Origin: Macrostomum hystrix | Lineage: Eukaryota; Animalia; Platyhelminthes | Direction: 5' to 3' | DNA length: 64,000 nucleotides | NCBI GenBank assembly: GCA_950097015.1 | Contig: CATNEN010000041.1 | Coordinates: forward strand, 1,674,001-1,738,000 | Part shown: positions 11,720-23,680 of the stretch, one piece after another | How positions within the stretch are numbered: the first letter of the stretch is position 1 | Layout of the letters: every line of letters starts with the position of its first letter | Translations under genes and position numbers: made by a program | Notes under the pieces: model-generated | The model's database searches: none | What the model saw: the letters and a program-made list of their open reading frames with translations, nothing else | What the model was told of the DNA's origin: nothing

Positions 11720-13571
11720 CTTCTATGACATGCTGGTGGACAACGACTTTCATTTGAAAATGAATACTTAATAAAGTATTTAAGTTCAAACCTCACGTTA
11801 TATCTAAATTGAAACAAACAATGTGGATTCGGCTGTGATTTAGCAGAAGCCGCTCGTTTCAGCTGACTGACCGACTTCTTGGTTGCTTCCTTCGCGAGAT
11901 GACCGGAGTAGTGAGCTCGGACTCGAGAGAATCCCCCCTCCCCAGATTCCAACGCCGGCTGAGGCTGTTGCAACTTCGCCCGCGCTGCTTCCGTTTCCTG
12001 TTTATCTTGTCTCCTTTTAAGCTTTGGGTTTGGAGGCCGCATTGATACCCATTACTTCGTCTTCCCCTGGCTTCTGGCCAGTTTTTGCGTGCTTTGCTTT
12101 CAGATTTGGTTGATCACTTACAACCACTGGCCAAATACTGTTCGGTAACGCAGAGAAACAATCAGGGTGATGCAATCGAGCTTAAATTGTTGGTACAAGC
12201 TACCAGACAAAGCTTCACCAACGACCACTAGTCAGACCGCACTATTTATCAAAGATGGAGTCTTGTAGTAGTTGTACTGCAAGACAGCGCTTGGCGTCAT
12301 GTCAGAGAAAAAGTTTTTTGTCTGGCTTAAAAGTACGCCCAGATCGACTGCAGAACTTCTGGAGGCCCGAAACTGCCCAACCTTCCTTAGAAGCTGATTA
12401 TTAAAAGTATATTAAAAGCTTAGTTCAATTGATGCAGCGATCGGAGACAGAGCCGTAGAAGCCTTGTCGATAATTCCAAATAAATTACGCAAGGTTCGAC
12501 GATTTCGTGACGCAAGTCTCAACGCTTACAGTAAAGGATCTGCAATCGGAAGAAACTATTAAAAAACCTCTCCTGGAAACTTAGCGCCTTCGGTTATATC
12601 CTACGCTCTAATAAGTTGGCACTATCAATGGTTACGTCAAAAAATACTGTCTACTGGCCACAAAGTGATCAGAAGGTGGGGAAAGGGCACACAAACTGCT
12701 GACTAACTGCACGTTTCAATTAAAAATAATTTTTTCAATTGACAAAAGGCTTAGGAGCCTGCTGCGAATCATGGAGTGGAGTTGTGCAGCCTCATCATGA
12801 TGCTTTGTAGAACGGCACTAAGCAGTTGAGCTACGAGCTCGGCGAGAAACAGCTGCGCCAGAAATCAAGATGGACATTGAGAGCACAAGCAAGCTCGCCG
12901 CAACATGGTACGGAAAACAAATACCACCAAGTTTGGATGGAATTTGAGCTTGAATTTGTGGAATGCATGAAGTGGCACTGGCTCGCTCTCAATATTACGA
13001 GTATTATATTACGAGTATTATTACGAGTATAATATTCTTAGACAAAAATTGACCTTTTCTGCAAACCGCAAACTACTCGTACATGCAGTTTGTGTGGAGC
13101 AATTCACAAACAAAGCCATTTTGCAGTCTCAATTACCAACAATCGATATACGAGAATTAATTGCATTCCTGTCAAGTGCATTCAAAAAAAGTACATCTCA
13201 AAAAGAAAAGCACATCTCCTCGTTCAAACTCAGCGTCCAATTCTATCTCGACACTCATGTTCTCTTTACGCATTAAATACGACTCTTAGAATTCAAATTA
13301 AATAGTCAACTCGTGACATCTAAAATTACGCCCGAAAACCAGCACGATATATAAAAAATTAATTAACGAATTTATTCCCCTCGAGTGTAATAATCCTCAA
13401 TATACCACATTTTACATTCCCTGTGTTAATTTTTTTTCACTGAAAACACTAACAAACATAACATTAAAGGATTATTTCCATTTGAACAAGTTCAAATATT
13501 CAAATTATATTTTGAACGACAAAAGCAAAAGCGCATCTCAAATCTCATCATAATGCGCCGAGCATTGGTTT

Positions 13572-16500
13572 TTAGCGTCTGCGGTTACGTCTGGCGCGTC
13601 TGTTGGAGCGTCTGCGGTTGCGTCTAGCACGACGACGGTTGCTTCTTCTCTTTCTGACATCGCGGCTCTTGCGGTTGCGTCTGGCCGAGCGTCTGCGGTT
13701 ACGTCTAGCACGACGAGGGTTGCTTCTTCTCTTTCTGACATCGCGGCTCTTGCGGTTGCGTCTGCTGGAGCGTCTGCGGTTACGTCTAGCGCGTCTGTTG
13801 GAGCGTCTGCGGTTGCGTCTAGCACGACGACGGTTGCTTCTTCTCTTTCTCACATCACGGCTCTTGCGGTTGCGTCTGGCCGAGCGTCTGCGGTTACGTC
13901 TGGCGCGTCTGTTGGAGCGTCTGCGGTTGCGTCTAGCACGACGACGGTTGCTTCTTCTCTTTCTGACATCGCGGCTCTTGCGGTTGCGTCTGGCCGAGCG
14001 TCTGCGGTTACGTCTGGCGCGTCTGTTGGAGCGTCTGCGGTTGCGTCTAGCACGACGACGGTTGCTTCTTCTCTTTCTGACATCGCGGCTCTTGCGGTTG
14101 CGTCTGGCCGAGCCTCTGCGGTTACGTCTAGCACGACGAGGGTTGCGTCTTCTCTTTCTGACATCGCGGCTCTTACGGTTGCGTCTGGCCGAGCGTCTGC
14201 GATTACGTCTGACGCGTCTGTTGGAGCGTCTTCGGTTGCGTCTAGCACGACGACGGTTGCTTCTTCTCTTTCTGACATCGCGGCTCTTGCGGTTGCGTCT
14301 AGCCGAGCGTCTGCGGTTACGTCTGGCGCGTCTGTTGGAGCGTCTGCGGTTGCGCCTAGCACGACGACGGTTGCTTCTTCTCTTTCTGACATCGCGGCTC
14401 TTGCGGTTGCGTCTGGCCGAGCGTCTGCGGTTACGTCTGGCGCGTCTGTTGGAGCGTCTGCGGTTGCGTCTCGCACGACGACGGTTGCTTCTTCTCTTTC
14501 TGACATCGCGGCTCTTGCGGTTGCGTCTGGCCGAGCGTCTGCGGTTGCGTCTAGCACGACGACGGTTGCTTCTTCTCTTTCTGACATCGCGGCTCTTGCG
14601 GTTGCGTCTGGCCGAGCGTCTGCGGTTACGTCTGGCGCGTCTGTTGGAGCGTCTGCGGTTGCGTCTCGCACGACGACGGTTGCTTCTTCTCTTTCTGACA
14701 TCGCGGCTCTTGCGGTTGCGTCTGGCCGAGCGTCTGCGGTTGCGTCTAGCACGACGACGGTTGCTTCTTCTCTTTCTGACATCGCGGCTCTTGCGGTTGC
14801 GTCTGGCCGAGCGTCTGCGGTTACGTCTGGCGCGTCTGTTGGAGCGTCTGCGGTTGCGTCTCGCACGACGACGGTTGCTTCTTCTCTTTCTCACATCGCG
14901 GCTCTTGCGGTTGCGTCTGGCCGAGCGTCTGCGGTTGCGTCTAGCACGACGACGGTTGCTTCTTCTCTTTCTGACATCGCGGCTCTTGCGGTTGCGTCTG
15001 GCCGAGCGTCTGCGGTTACGTCTAGCACGACGAGGGTTGCTTCTTCTCTTTCTGACATCGCGGCTCTTGCGGTTGCGTCTGGCCGAGCGCCTGCGGTTAC
15101 GTCTGGCGCGTCTGTTGGAGCGTCTGCGGTTGCGTCTAGCACGACGACGGTTGCTTCTTCTCTTTCTGATATCGCGGCTCTTGCGGTTGCGTCTGGCCGA
15201 GCGCCTGCGGTTACGTCTGGCGCGTCTGTTTGAGCGTCTGCGGTTGCGTCTAGCACGACGACGGTTGCTTCTTTTCTTTCTGATATCGCGGCTCTTGCGG
15301 TTGCGTCTGGCCGAGCGCCTGCGGTTACGTCTGGCGCGTCTGTTGGAGCGTCTGCGGTTGCGTCTAGCACGACGACGGTTGCTTCTTCTCTTTCTGACAT
15401 CGCGGCTCTTGCGGTTGCGTCTGGCCGAGCGTCTGCGGTTACGTCTAGCACGACGAGGGTTGCTTCTTCTCTTTCTGACATCGCGGCTCTTGCGGTTGCG
15501 TCTGGCCGAGCGTCTGCGGTTACGTCTAGCACGACGAGGGTTGCTTCTTCTCTTTCTGACATCGCGGCTCTTGCGGTTGCGTCTGGCCGAGCGTCTGCGG
15601 TTACGTCTGGCGCGTCTGTTGGAGCGTCTGCGGTTGCGTCTCGCACGACGACGGTTGCTTCTTCTCTTTCTCACATCGCGGCTCTTGCGGTTGCGTCTGG
15701 CCGAGCGTCTGCGGTTGCGTCTAGCACGACGACGGTTGCTTCTTCTCTTTCTGACATCGCGGCTCTTGCGGTTGCGTCTGGCCGAGCGTCTGCGGTTGCG
15801 TCTAGCACGACGAGGGTTGCTTCTTCTCTTTCTGACATCGCGGCTCTTGCGGTTGCGTCTGGCCGAGCGCCTGCGGTTACGTCTGGCGCGTCTGTTGGAG
15901 CGTCTGCGGTTGCGTCTAGCACGACGACGGTTGCTTCTTCTCTTTCTGATATCGCGGCTCTTGCGGTTGCGTCTGGCCGAGCGCCTGCGGTTACGTCTGG
16001 CGCGTCTGTTGGAGCGTCTGCGGTTGCGTCTAGCACGACGACGGTTGCTTCTTCTCTTTCTGACATCGCGGCTCTTGCGGTTGCGTCTGGCCGAGCGTCT
16101 GCGGTTACGTCTGGCGCGTCTGTTGGAGCGTCTGCGGTTGCGTCTAGCACGACGACGGTTGCTTCTTCTCTTTCTGATATCGCGGCTCTTGCCGTTGCGT
16201 CTGTTGGAGCGTCTGCGGTTGCGTCTAGCACGACGAGGGTTGCTTCTTCTCTTTCTGACATCGCGGCTCTTGCGGTTGCGTCTGGCCGAGCGCCTGCGGT
16301 TACGTCTTGCGCGTCTGTTGGAGCGTCTGCGGTTGCGTCTCGCTCGACGACGGTTGCTTCTTCTCTTTCTGATATCGCGGCTCTTGCGGTTGCGTCTGGC
16401 CGAGCGTCTGCGGTTACGTCTGGCGCGTCTGTTGGAGCGTCTGCGGTTGCGTCTAGCACGACGACGGTTGCTTCTTCTCTTTCTCACATCGCGGCTCTTG

Positions 16501-17113
16501 CGGTTGCGTCTGCTGGAACGTCTGCGGTTACGTCTGGCGCGTCTGTTGGAACGGCTGCGGTTGCGTCTAGCACGACGACGGTTGCTTCTTCTCTTTCTCA
16601 CATCGCGGCTCTTGCGGTTGCGTCTGGCCGAGCGTCTGCGGTTACGTCTGGCGCGTCTGTTGGAGCGTCTGCGGTTGCGTCTAGCACGACGCCGGTTGCT
16701 TCTCTTTCTCACATCGCGGCTTCTCTGGGCACGTCGGTCGGATCGTCTGCCCTGACGCCTGTCTTTCCGCCGTGAGTCGCGACGACTTCGCCTGTCGTCA
16801 CGTCGTCCTCGGTTTTCCCTTCTTGCGGGTCTCCCAATAAAACAAGGTTTTATAGTCTTCTTTGCTGCCGATGCGGGTGCGGCAGTCCTGGCAGCAGCTG
16901 GTGCGGCCGGCTTCTTCAGCTTGTTTGCAGCATTCGGAGGTGGTGCTGATAGCTGAAATTCAAATTTGGTTGTTGATAATTGTGTCTGTCTCTTTTTTTG
17001 GGACGAGCACACAGAATGGACTATCTTGTCATGGAGCAGTTGATTATTCGTTGATGACTTACCACAAGGGTGCAGAGCACCGCTGCGCATGCAGCCAACA
17101 GAAGAAGTCTCAT
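13572..17113 (-). CDS. Signal-peptide-bearing Arg-rich tandem-repeat protein, copy 2 (intact, 1,143 aa)
   Basis: ATG 17113; exon 1 17113-17063 (17 codons); intron 17062-16953 (GTAAGT...TTTCAG, 110 bp, phase 0); exon 2 16952-13572 open to TAA (1,126 aa); candidate AATAAA at 13376-13371. Confidence 0.82.
13575..16710. repeat. Coding tandem array of 81/114-bp units (same family as 1-3290)
   Basis: Same unit sequence and variants as copy 1. Confidence 0.97.
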
Positions 17114-17804
17114 GTTTGTGCTTCTCAGAGTTAACTTCAATGACTTGCATGATGGCTGGAATTCGAGTTGAATTTATGCCAAAGTTTTGCATGTTTCTTC
17201 GCAGGTGGTCGCTGTCGCACCTGTCGATTGTCAACTATTAAGCGCTGCGTTGGCAGATTTTTTTAACTTCCCTTGGGTATATCTCTTCGTACTGCCCGCA
17301 TGCCCAGCGTTCTGTTTAACTTGAAGATCTGATCTGAGTATTTGCATTTTCGCTCAGTGGCTTATGGTTTCTCGTTTTACTTTGAACTTCACTATTATTC
17401 GCCTTGGGATCCAACTCAGAACTGTGTTGTATTTGTGCATCTGTCTGTTACACTACCAAACTTTGTTTACGGAAAGTCGCAGTGGCGGCGGTAGCAGTAG
17501 TTGGCGAAACTTCTCCCGGAGACAAATTTCGGAGCTCGTTAGCGCACCCCTGTGGCGCTGGTCGTTTGCTGGTTCGGCAGGTGAGCTTTTCCCTCGGTAT
17601 TTTTGCGTTTCACTTTCTTTGAGCAAGAAGCATTTGCCTGCTTAAATAAAAATTGTAGCGTTTCGTTGGATTTTGACCTTTTTCCTTGTACGAGTTTGCT
17701 CGTACGAAATGCATGTTTTTGCATTTTCCTTGCTGTCTGCTTTCTAAGGGTTGTTTGGGTATTGTTTGAAAACGATCTACATTAGAAGTAAGATCCGTAA
17801 TGTT

Positions 17805-18906
17805 CTGGAAAAGCTGGAAAGCAGAGCTGGAAAGCAGAGCTGGAATGCAGAGCTGGAAAGCAGAGCTGGAATGCAGAGCTGGAAAGCAGAGCTGGAAAGC
17901 AGACCTGGAATGCAGAGCTGGAAAGCAGAGCTGGAATGCAGAGCTGGAATGCAGAGCTGGAATGCAGAGCTGGAATGCAGAGCTGGAATGCAGAGCTGGA
18001 AAGCAGAGCTGGAATGCAGAGCTGGAATGCAGAGCTGGAATGCAGAGCTGGAATGCAGAGCTGGAATACAGAGCTGGAATGCAGAGCTGGAATGCAGAGC
18101 TGGAAAGCAGACCTGGAATGCAGAGCTGGAAAGCAGAGCTGGAATGCAGAGCTGGAATGCAGACCTGGAATGCAGAGCTGGAAAGCAGAGCTGGAATGCA
18201 GAGCTGGAATGCAGAGCTGGAAGGCAGAGCTGGACTGCAGAGCTGGAATGCAGAGCTGGAATGCAGAGCTGGAATGCAGAGCTGGAATGCAGAGCTGGAA
18301 TGCAGAGCTGGAATGCAGAGCTGGAATGCAGAGCTGGAAAGCAGAGCTGGAATGCAGAGCTGGAATGCAGAGCTGGAATGCAGAGCTGGAATGCAGAGCT
18401 GGAATGCAGAGCTGGAATGCAGAGCTGGAATGCAGAGCTGGAAAGCAGAGCTGGAATGCAGAGCTGGAATGCAGAGCTGGAATGCAGAGCTGGAATACAG
18501 AGCTGGAATGCAGAGCTGGAATGCAGAGCTGGAAAGCAGACCTGGAATGCAGAGCTGGAAAGCAGAGCTGGAATGCAGAGCTGGAATGCAGACCTGGAAT
18601 GCAGAGCTGGAAAGCAGAGCTGGAATGCAGAGCTGGAATGCAGAGCTGGAAGGCAGAGCTGGACTGCAGAGCTGGAATGCAGAGCTGGAATGCAGAGCTG
18701 GAATGCAGAGCTGGAATGCAGAGCTGGAATGCAGAGCTGGAATGCAGAGCTGGAATGCAGAGCTGGAAAGCAGAGCTGGAATGCAGAGCTGGAATGCAGA
18801 GCTGGAATGCAGAGCTGGAATGCAGAGCTGGAATGCAGAGCTGGAATGCAGAGCTAGAATGCAGAGCTGGAATGCAGAGCTGGAATGCAGAGCTGGAAAG
18901 CACAGC
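17805..18906. repeat. 13-bp satellite GCAGAGCTGGAA(T/A), ~84 copies, with a 429-bp higher-order duplication
   Basis: 13-nt period; rare variant aatac at 18065 and 18494 (33 units apart) followed by the same variant order. Confidence 0.97.
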
Positions 18907-19400
18907 TCTGCACCCTTGTGGTAAGTCATCAACGAATAATCAACTGCTCCATGACAAGATAGGCCATTCTGTGTGCTCGTCCCAAATAAGAGACAGACAC
19001 AATTATCAACAACCAAATTTGAATTTCAGCTATCAGCACCACCTCCGAATGCTGCAAACAAGCTGAAGAAGCCGGCCGCACCAGCTGCTGCCAAGACTGC
19101 CGCACCCGCAGCGGCAGCAAAGAAGACTATAAAACCTTGCTTTTTTGGGAGACCCGCAAGAAGGGAAACGGAGGACGACGTGACGACAGGCGAAGTCGTC
19201 GCGACTCACGGCGGAAAGACAGGCGTCAGGGCAGACGATCCGACCGACGTGCCCGGAGAAGCCGCGATGTGAGAAAGAGAAGCAACCGTCGTCGTGCTAG
19301 ACGCAACCGCAGACGCTCCAACAGACGCGCCAGACGTAACCGCAGACGCTGGGCCAGACGCAACCGCAAGAGCCGCGATGTCAGAAAGATAAGAAGCAAC
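18905..19400 (+). pseudogene. Truncated copy 3 of the Arg-rich gene
   Basis: Retains the end of exon 1 (ctctgcacccttgtg), the 109-bp intron 18921-19029, the linker and ~1.5 repeat units; ATG lost; 1-nt deletion at ~19168 (gggaaacggagg vs gggaaaaccgagg). Confidence 0.85.
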
Positions 19401-20129
19401 TGGAAAGCAGAGCTGGAAAGCAGAGCTGGAATGCACAGCTGGAATGCACAGCTGGAAAGCAGAGCTGGAAAGCAGAGCTGGAATGCACAGCTGGAATGCA
19501 CAGCTGGAAAGCACAGCTGGAAAGCAGAGCTGGAAAGCAGAGCTGGAAAGCAGAGCTGGAAAGCAGAGCTGGAAAGCAGAGCTGGAAAGCAGAGCTGGAA
19601 TGCACAGCTGGAATGCACAGCTGGAAAGCAGAGCTGGAATGCACAGCTGGAAAGCAGAGCTGGAAAGCAGAGCTGGAATGCACAGCTGGAATGCACAGCT
19701 GGAAAGCAGAGCTGGAAAGCAGAGCTGGAATGCACAGGTGGAATGCACAGCTGGAAAGCAGAGCTGGAAAGCAGAGCTGGAATGCACAGCTGGAATGCAC
19801 AGCTGGAAAGCACAGCTGGAAAGCAAAGCTGGAAAGCAGACCTGGAATGCAGAGCTGGAAAGCAGAGCTGGAAAGCAGAGCTGGAAAGCAGAGCTGGAAT
19901 GCACAGCTGGAAAGCAGAGCTGGAAAGCAGAGCTGGAAAGCAGAGCTGGAAAGCAGAGCTGGAATGCACAGCTGGAAAGCAGAGCTGGAAAGCAGAGCTG
20001 GAAAGCAGAGCTGGAAAGCAGAGCTGGAATGCACAGCTGGAAAGCAGAGCTGGAAAGCAGAGCTGGAAAGCAGAGCTGGAAAGCAGAGCTGGAATGCACA
20101 GCTGGAAAGCAGAGCTGGAAAGCAGAGCT
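19400..20129. repeat. 13-bp satellite, second block (~56 copies; GCACAGCTGG variants common)
   Basis: Same 13-nt period, different variant spectrum from the first block. Confidence 0.97.
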
Positions 20130-20730
20130 ACAAGGCGTAATGACTCAATAACTAGGCAGGGTTTTGGGTTGGAGAAGGGGGTGAGCCCTACAAAAGGACA
20201 AGACTGCTTAAAGTTTATTTGGCAGCGAAGTACAATCGATAAGCGAACAATCAATGAGCGAACAGCGCTCATGCTTAAATTGAGTGAGGGACACAAAGCA
20301 CGATGGATTTCAAATGAGTGCTAGCGCACTAGCCAAAGAGGCATTAAATTTCATGGATTAAAAATAGCTAACAAAGGATAAATTAGAAAAGCATTAATAA
20401 GCAAGAAGTCTTAACAAAATTTGCAGTTAAGTGTTTGAACAGTCTGTTCAAGCTTCCGCCTGTCAATCACACGAGTCAGCTTCTACGTAGGTTCTAGTCT
20501 TAATTGCATCTCCTCCTGTGGTCCTTCGCCAGGCGAGAATGTGGCTTGCGTGATAGATTCCTTATCGGGCTGTCGGACGCCACGTGGCTGAAGCGGCTGC
20601 TTAGCAGGCTGCTCAGGATGCTGTTCTGATAGGCAGCCGTTTGACCTTCGTGGCGTGCCATCGGCAGACTGCATGAGCAAGGAATCGCCTTGGACCTGCG
20701 AAACTGTCCAACTTTCATCTTCCGGAAAGC

Positions 20731-22166
20731 TTGTCGAGAAATCGTTTCCAGGAAATTCTATCATTCCTGCGATGCTATGATTGCAGACAGCTTGATGACA
20801 ATGATTGTCTCTGCAAGATTCGACCTTACATATCGCTTGTGCACGCGGTTTGCACGAATGTGTATGCTCCGGAGCGGGAGGTCAGTGTTGATGAGACCTT
20901 AGTTCTGTACAAGGGTAGGGTGCTGATGAAGCAGTACATACCCAGCAAGAAGGCTAAGTATGGCTTAAAGCTTTACTGTCTGACAGAGGCTTCTACTGGC
21001 TACCTTGTGAACAGTCTTGTACACAGCACTGCACTTCAGCACGCTCGCTTTGGCGATGGTATGAACTGCGAAGGTCCATTAATGAGTGAGAGGACTGTGG
21101 TCGAACTGTGCCGCAACCACCTGAACCTCGGATACCATGTCTTCTGCGAAAATTGGTTCACCTCTTTTCGACTATCATATTTCTTGTTGAAAAAAACACG
21201 TTGATGACCGGCACGGTGCGGAAAGATCGAGGAATTCCCGAGCAACTGAATGAGAAGCAGATTGTTGCTCCCGGCTTTCATGCGCAAAGGCCTCAAACTG
21301 GCTGTAAAGGTGTGTGACAGAAAATCGTCCTGTGTCAAGAAAGTTTAACTCACTGATACGAAGGAGCCTGCTAAGTGCTTGCCCAAGACGCGATTGCAGA
21401 TTTTTACGAGGAGGTGCAGAAGAACATATTGATTGCTCAACCAGCAACAGTTGCCGCCTACAATAAACACACATGGGTGGTGTTGACCGACTCGACGCGG
21501 CGCTGAGCATGTGTAGCGCCAATCGACGCACGTACAAATGGTTCCACAAGCTGCTGTTCCACTTCACCCTGCAGCTGGTCCACAACGCATGGATAGTATA
21601 CTCAAAGTGCGGCGGGTCAAAGCCATTCCAAGCCTTTTTGTGCTCAAGCATTCGCATCCTGATAGAATCGACTGGCAGAGGTCAAATGCGCGCTGCGAAC
21701 GGTGCAGCACTGCTCAGGCAGACGGCTTCTGAGCAGCACTTCTCTGAATTGCTGCAACTGAATCGTATTTACCTGCACGGCGTGCCCCACTTCGCCGGCA
21801 CTCTGCGCCGCTTTGAATGCTCTGCATGCTTTGAACGATGGCACTCACATTGATTGCATTCGTTAATTCGTTAATTAACATCTCAGCGACAAACAGTTAC
21901 GTGGAAGTTTCTGCTTTTTGTTTTTTTGATTGGCAAAAACTTTAGGTTTCAGATTATTAAACTACTGTTTTTTAAATTGCCTGAATGTTAGGACTGCCTC
22001 GACTCAGACCTAAGCAATCAGGATTTACTTCCAGTTAGATGGCTCTCCAGCCACATCGGGTTTTCTCAGAGTGATTTCAACTCTGGCCATAGACGACAGA
22101 ATGACTATGGGCTTTTAAAATAATAGTCGATGGCTGCTCTGCACCCACTGGGTTCGAGGGGGTTAA
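20731..22166 (+). mobile_element. Second decayed piggyBac element with probable right end
   Basis: MSRNRFQEILSFLR, VSVDETLVLYKGR..KQYIPSKKAKYGLKLY, GTVRKDRG, MGGVDRLD, YKWFHKL; ends ...GGTTCGAGGGGG-TTAA (22163-22166); left end not found. Confidence 0.88.
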
Positions 22167-22758
22167 TACCTTCTTGGCCTGGCGGCCCGCTCGACAATTG
22201 CGCTCTTGACTGGCTGTGCGTGTTGAAGACTCGGGATCATGTCGTTGATCTGGAATTATGATAGAAAGGGGAGCTGGAAATGGGAGCCCTAATAGGGAGC
22301 GAACTCATGCTCATACTCATACTCATACTCAAAGTGAGTGAGGGGCAGAGATCTCCACATTTAGGGATGTGCTGAAAGTGGAGTTCGAGAGGAAAGGTGT
22401 TGGAGGGAGCCAAATGCTGCAATCTCTCAGCAAAAAATAACTATCTTTCTGTTAATTTTTTTGCTTAACTGCAAAATAAAGCATGAAAAGTTATCGGAAA
22501 GCCTTCGGATGCGCATCAAGAAATTTAGGCTCGTAAATCTTATTTTCCACAATTTATTTGATTGCATTTTTATGTGCCATTCTTGTATTTCTTTCTAACA
22601 TAATGCATGCCGATATTTACGAATGTACAAAAAAACATGTAATACAACATTAAATGGCAACTAGATCAGGAAAGGCGGGTGACCCAGAAACTTATACGAG
22701 CCTAGAACCTGTCAGCGAAGCCGCAATTCTTCAAGCTTTCTTATTACGAGAATAGCCT

Positions 22759-23680
22759 TCACGGCTGCCGCTCATCATCGAGGTAGAAGTCAATGACCAC
22801 GGGTCTCGGGATCTGTTCCATGGCTGCGTTTGACACCAGAATGGGCCTGCTTGAGCCTGCCGCCGCCACCCACTCGACGCCGTTGCCTGCGTGAATGTGG
22901 CCGTGCAGCACGGCCAACGGCTTCACTCGCCCACGGATCTCGTCGCCGAGCTCGTCCCACGGCGGGATGTGCGTCACGAGCACGTCCGTGTCCCCAGGTG
23001 CGGCCCGCCAGCGTTGCGGCAAGCTTTGCCACGGCTCGCTGAAGCCGCGCGCCCAGCTGGAGTCACGCAGCGGACACCAAGGGATGCCGTAGAACTGCAG
23101 GCCGCAGAGGCGGACGCCGGAGTCGATGAGGATGTGGCAGCTGGAGGCTAGTCGGCTCGCCAGATCGCCGCGGCCCCGACCGCCAGCCCTGTGGTAGCTG
23201 TCAAGCCGCATGTCATGGTTGCCGGGCACGAAGATCCGGTGCCGGTGCGGCTGGGAGTCGAAAAACGTCGCCAGCTTGGCGATCTCGCGCTCCTCGAGCA
23301 GCCGCAGCAGGGGAAGCTTGGCCAGGCTGAAGGAGTCAAAGTCGCCGGAATGTACCAGGATGTCGCCGTGAGGAATCATCGTTGAGAATCGCGCGTGTCG
23401 CCGGTGTGTGTCGCTGATGTGAACAATGCGCACACGACGTCGTTCGCCGGAGCTATCGCCAACCTGCAGTGAACGGTGTGGGCTCGGTACATTCAGTTTC
23501 GGCTCGCAGAGGCCTTCTTACTTTGTTCAGAAAGGTTTTTAAACGAAGCTAAAAACGTCTGTAAAATAGAATGAGTTCCATGACTAGGAACCACAGCCAA
23601 CCACAACTTCAAGTTTGGAATGGCCAGCTTATCCGAAGCAACCCATTCTGACTCCATACCTGGACATGGTGCGGCTCCAT
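22759..23680 (-). CDS. Metallophosphoesterase, MPPED1/2-like
   Basis: Exon 1 23680-23660 (MEPHHVQ|GTATGG), exon 2 23463-22759; motifs SDTH, HSGDF, PGNHD, THIPP, HGHIH. Confidence 0.85.

Noticed and set aside
11638-12042. 134-aa minus-strand ORF MRPPNPKLKRRQ...
   Set aside because: No recognisable motif or splice structure; overlaps the glycine-rich pseudogene end
23-16755. Long plus-strand ORFs (LRLRLAERL..., ASSTTTVASS...) and acidic minus-strand ORFs (MSEREEAT...)
   Set aside because: Shadow frames of the coding repeat; unit variants are missense or create stops in them, and they lack a start context
13572-17234. The 1,220-aa ORF starting MTIDRCDSDHL... as the real protein, i.e. a nuclear protamine or histone-H1-like protein
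   Set aside because: Its continuity depends on a 1-nt difference inside the intron (T7 versus T6) absent from copies 1 and 3; the conserved splice sites give a signal-peptide N-terminus instead
17610-20324. ORFs of SSAFQLCIPALH / CRAGMQSWNAELE repeats
   Set aside because: By-product of a 13-bp satellite lacking stop codons; period is not a multiple of 3 and all frames are open
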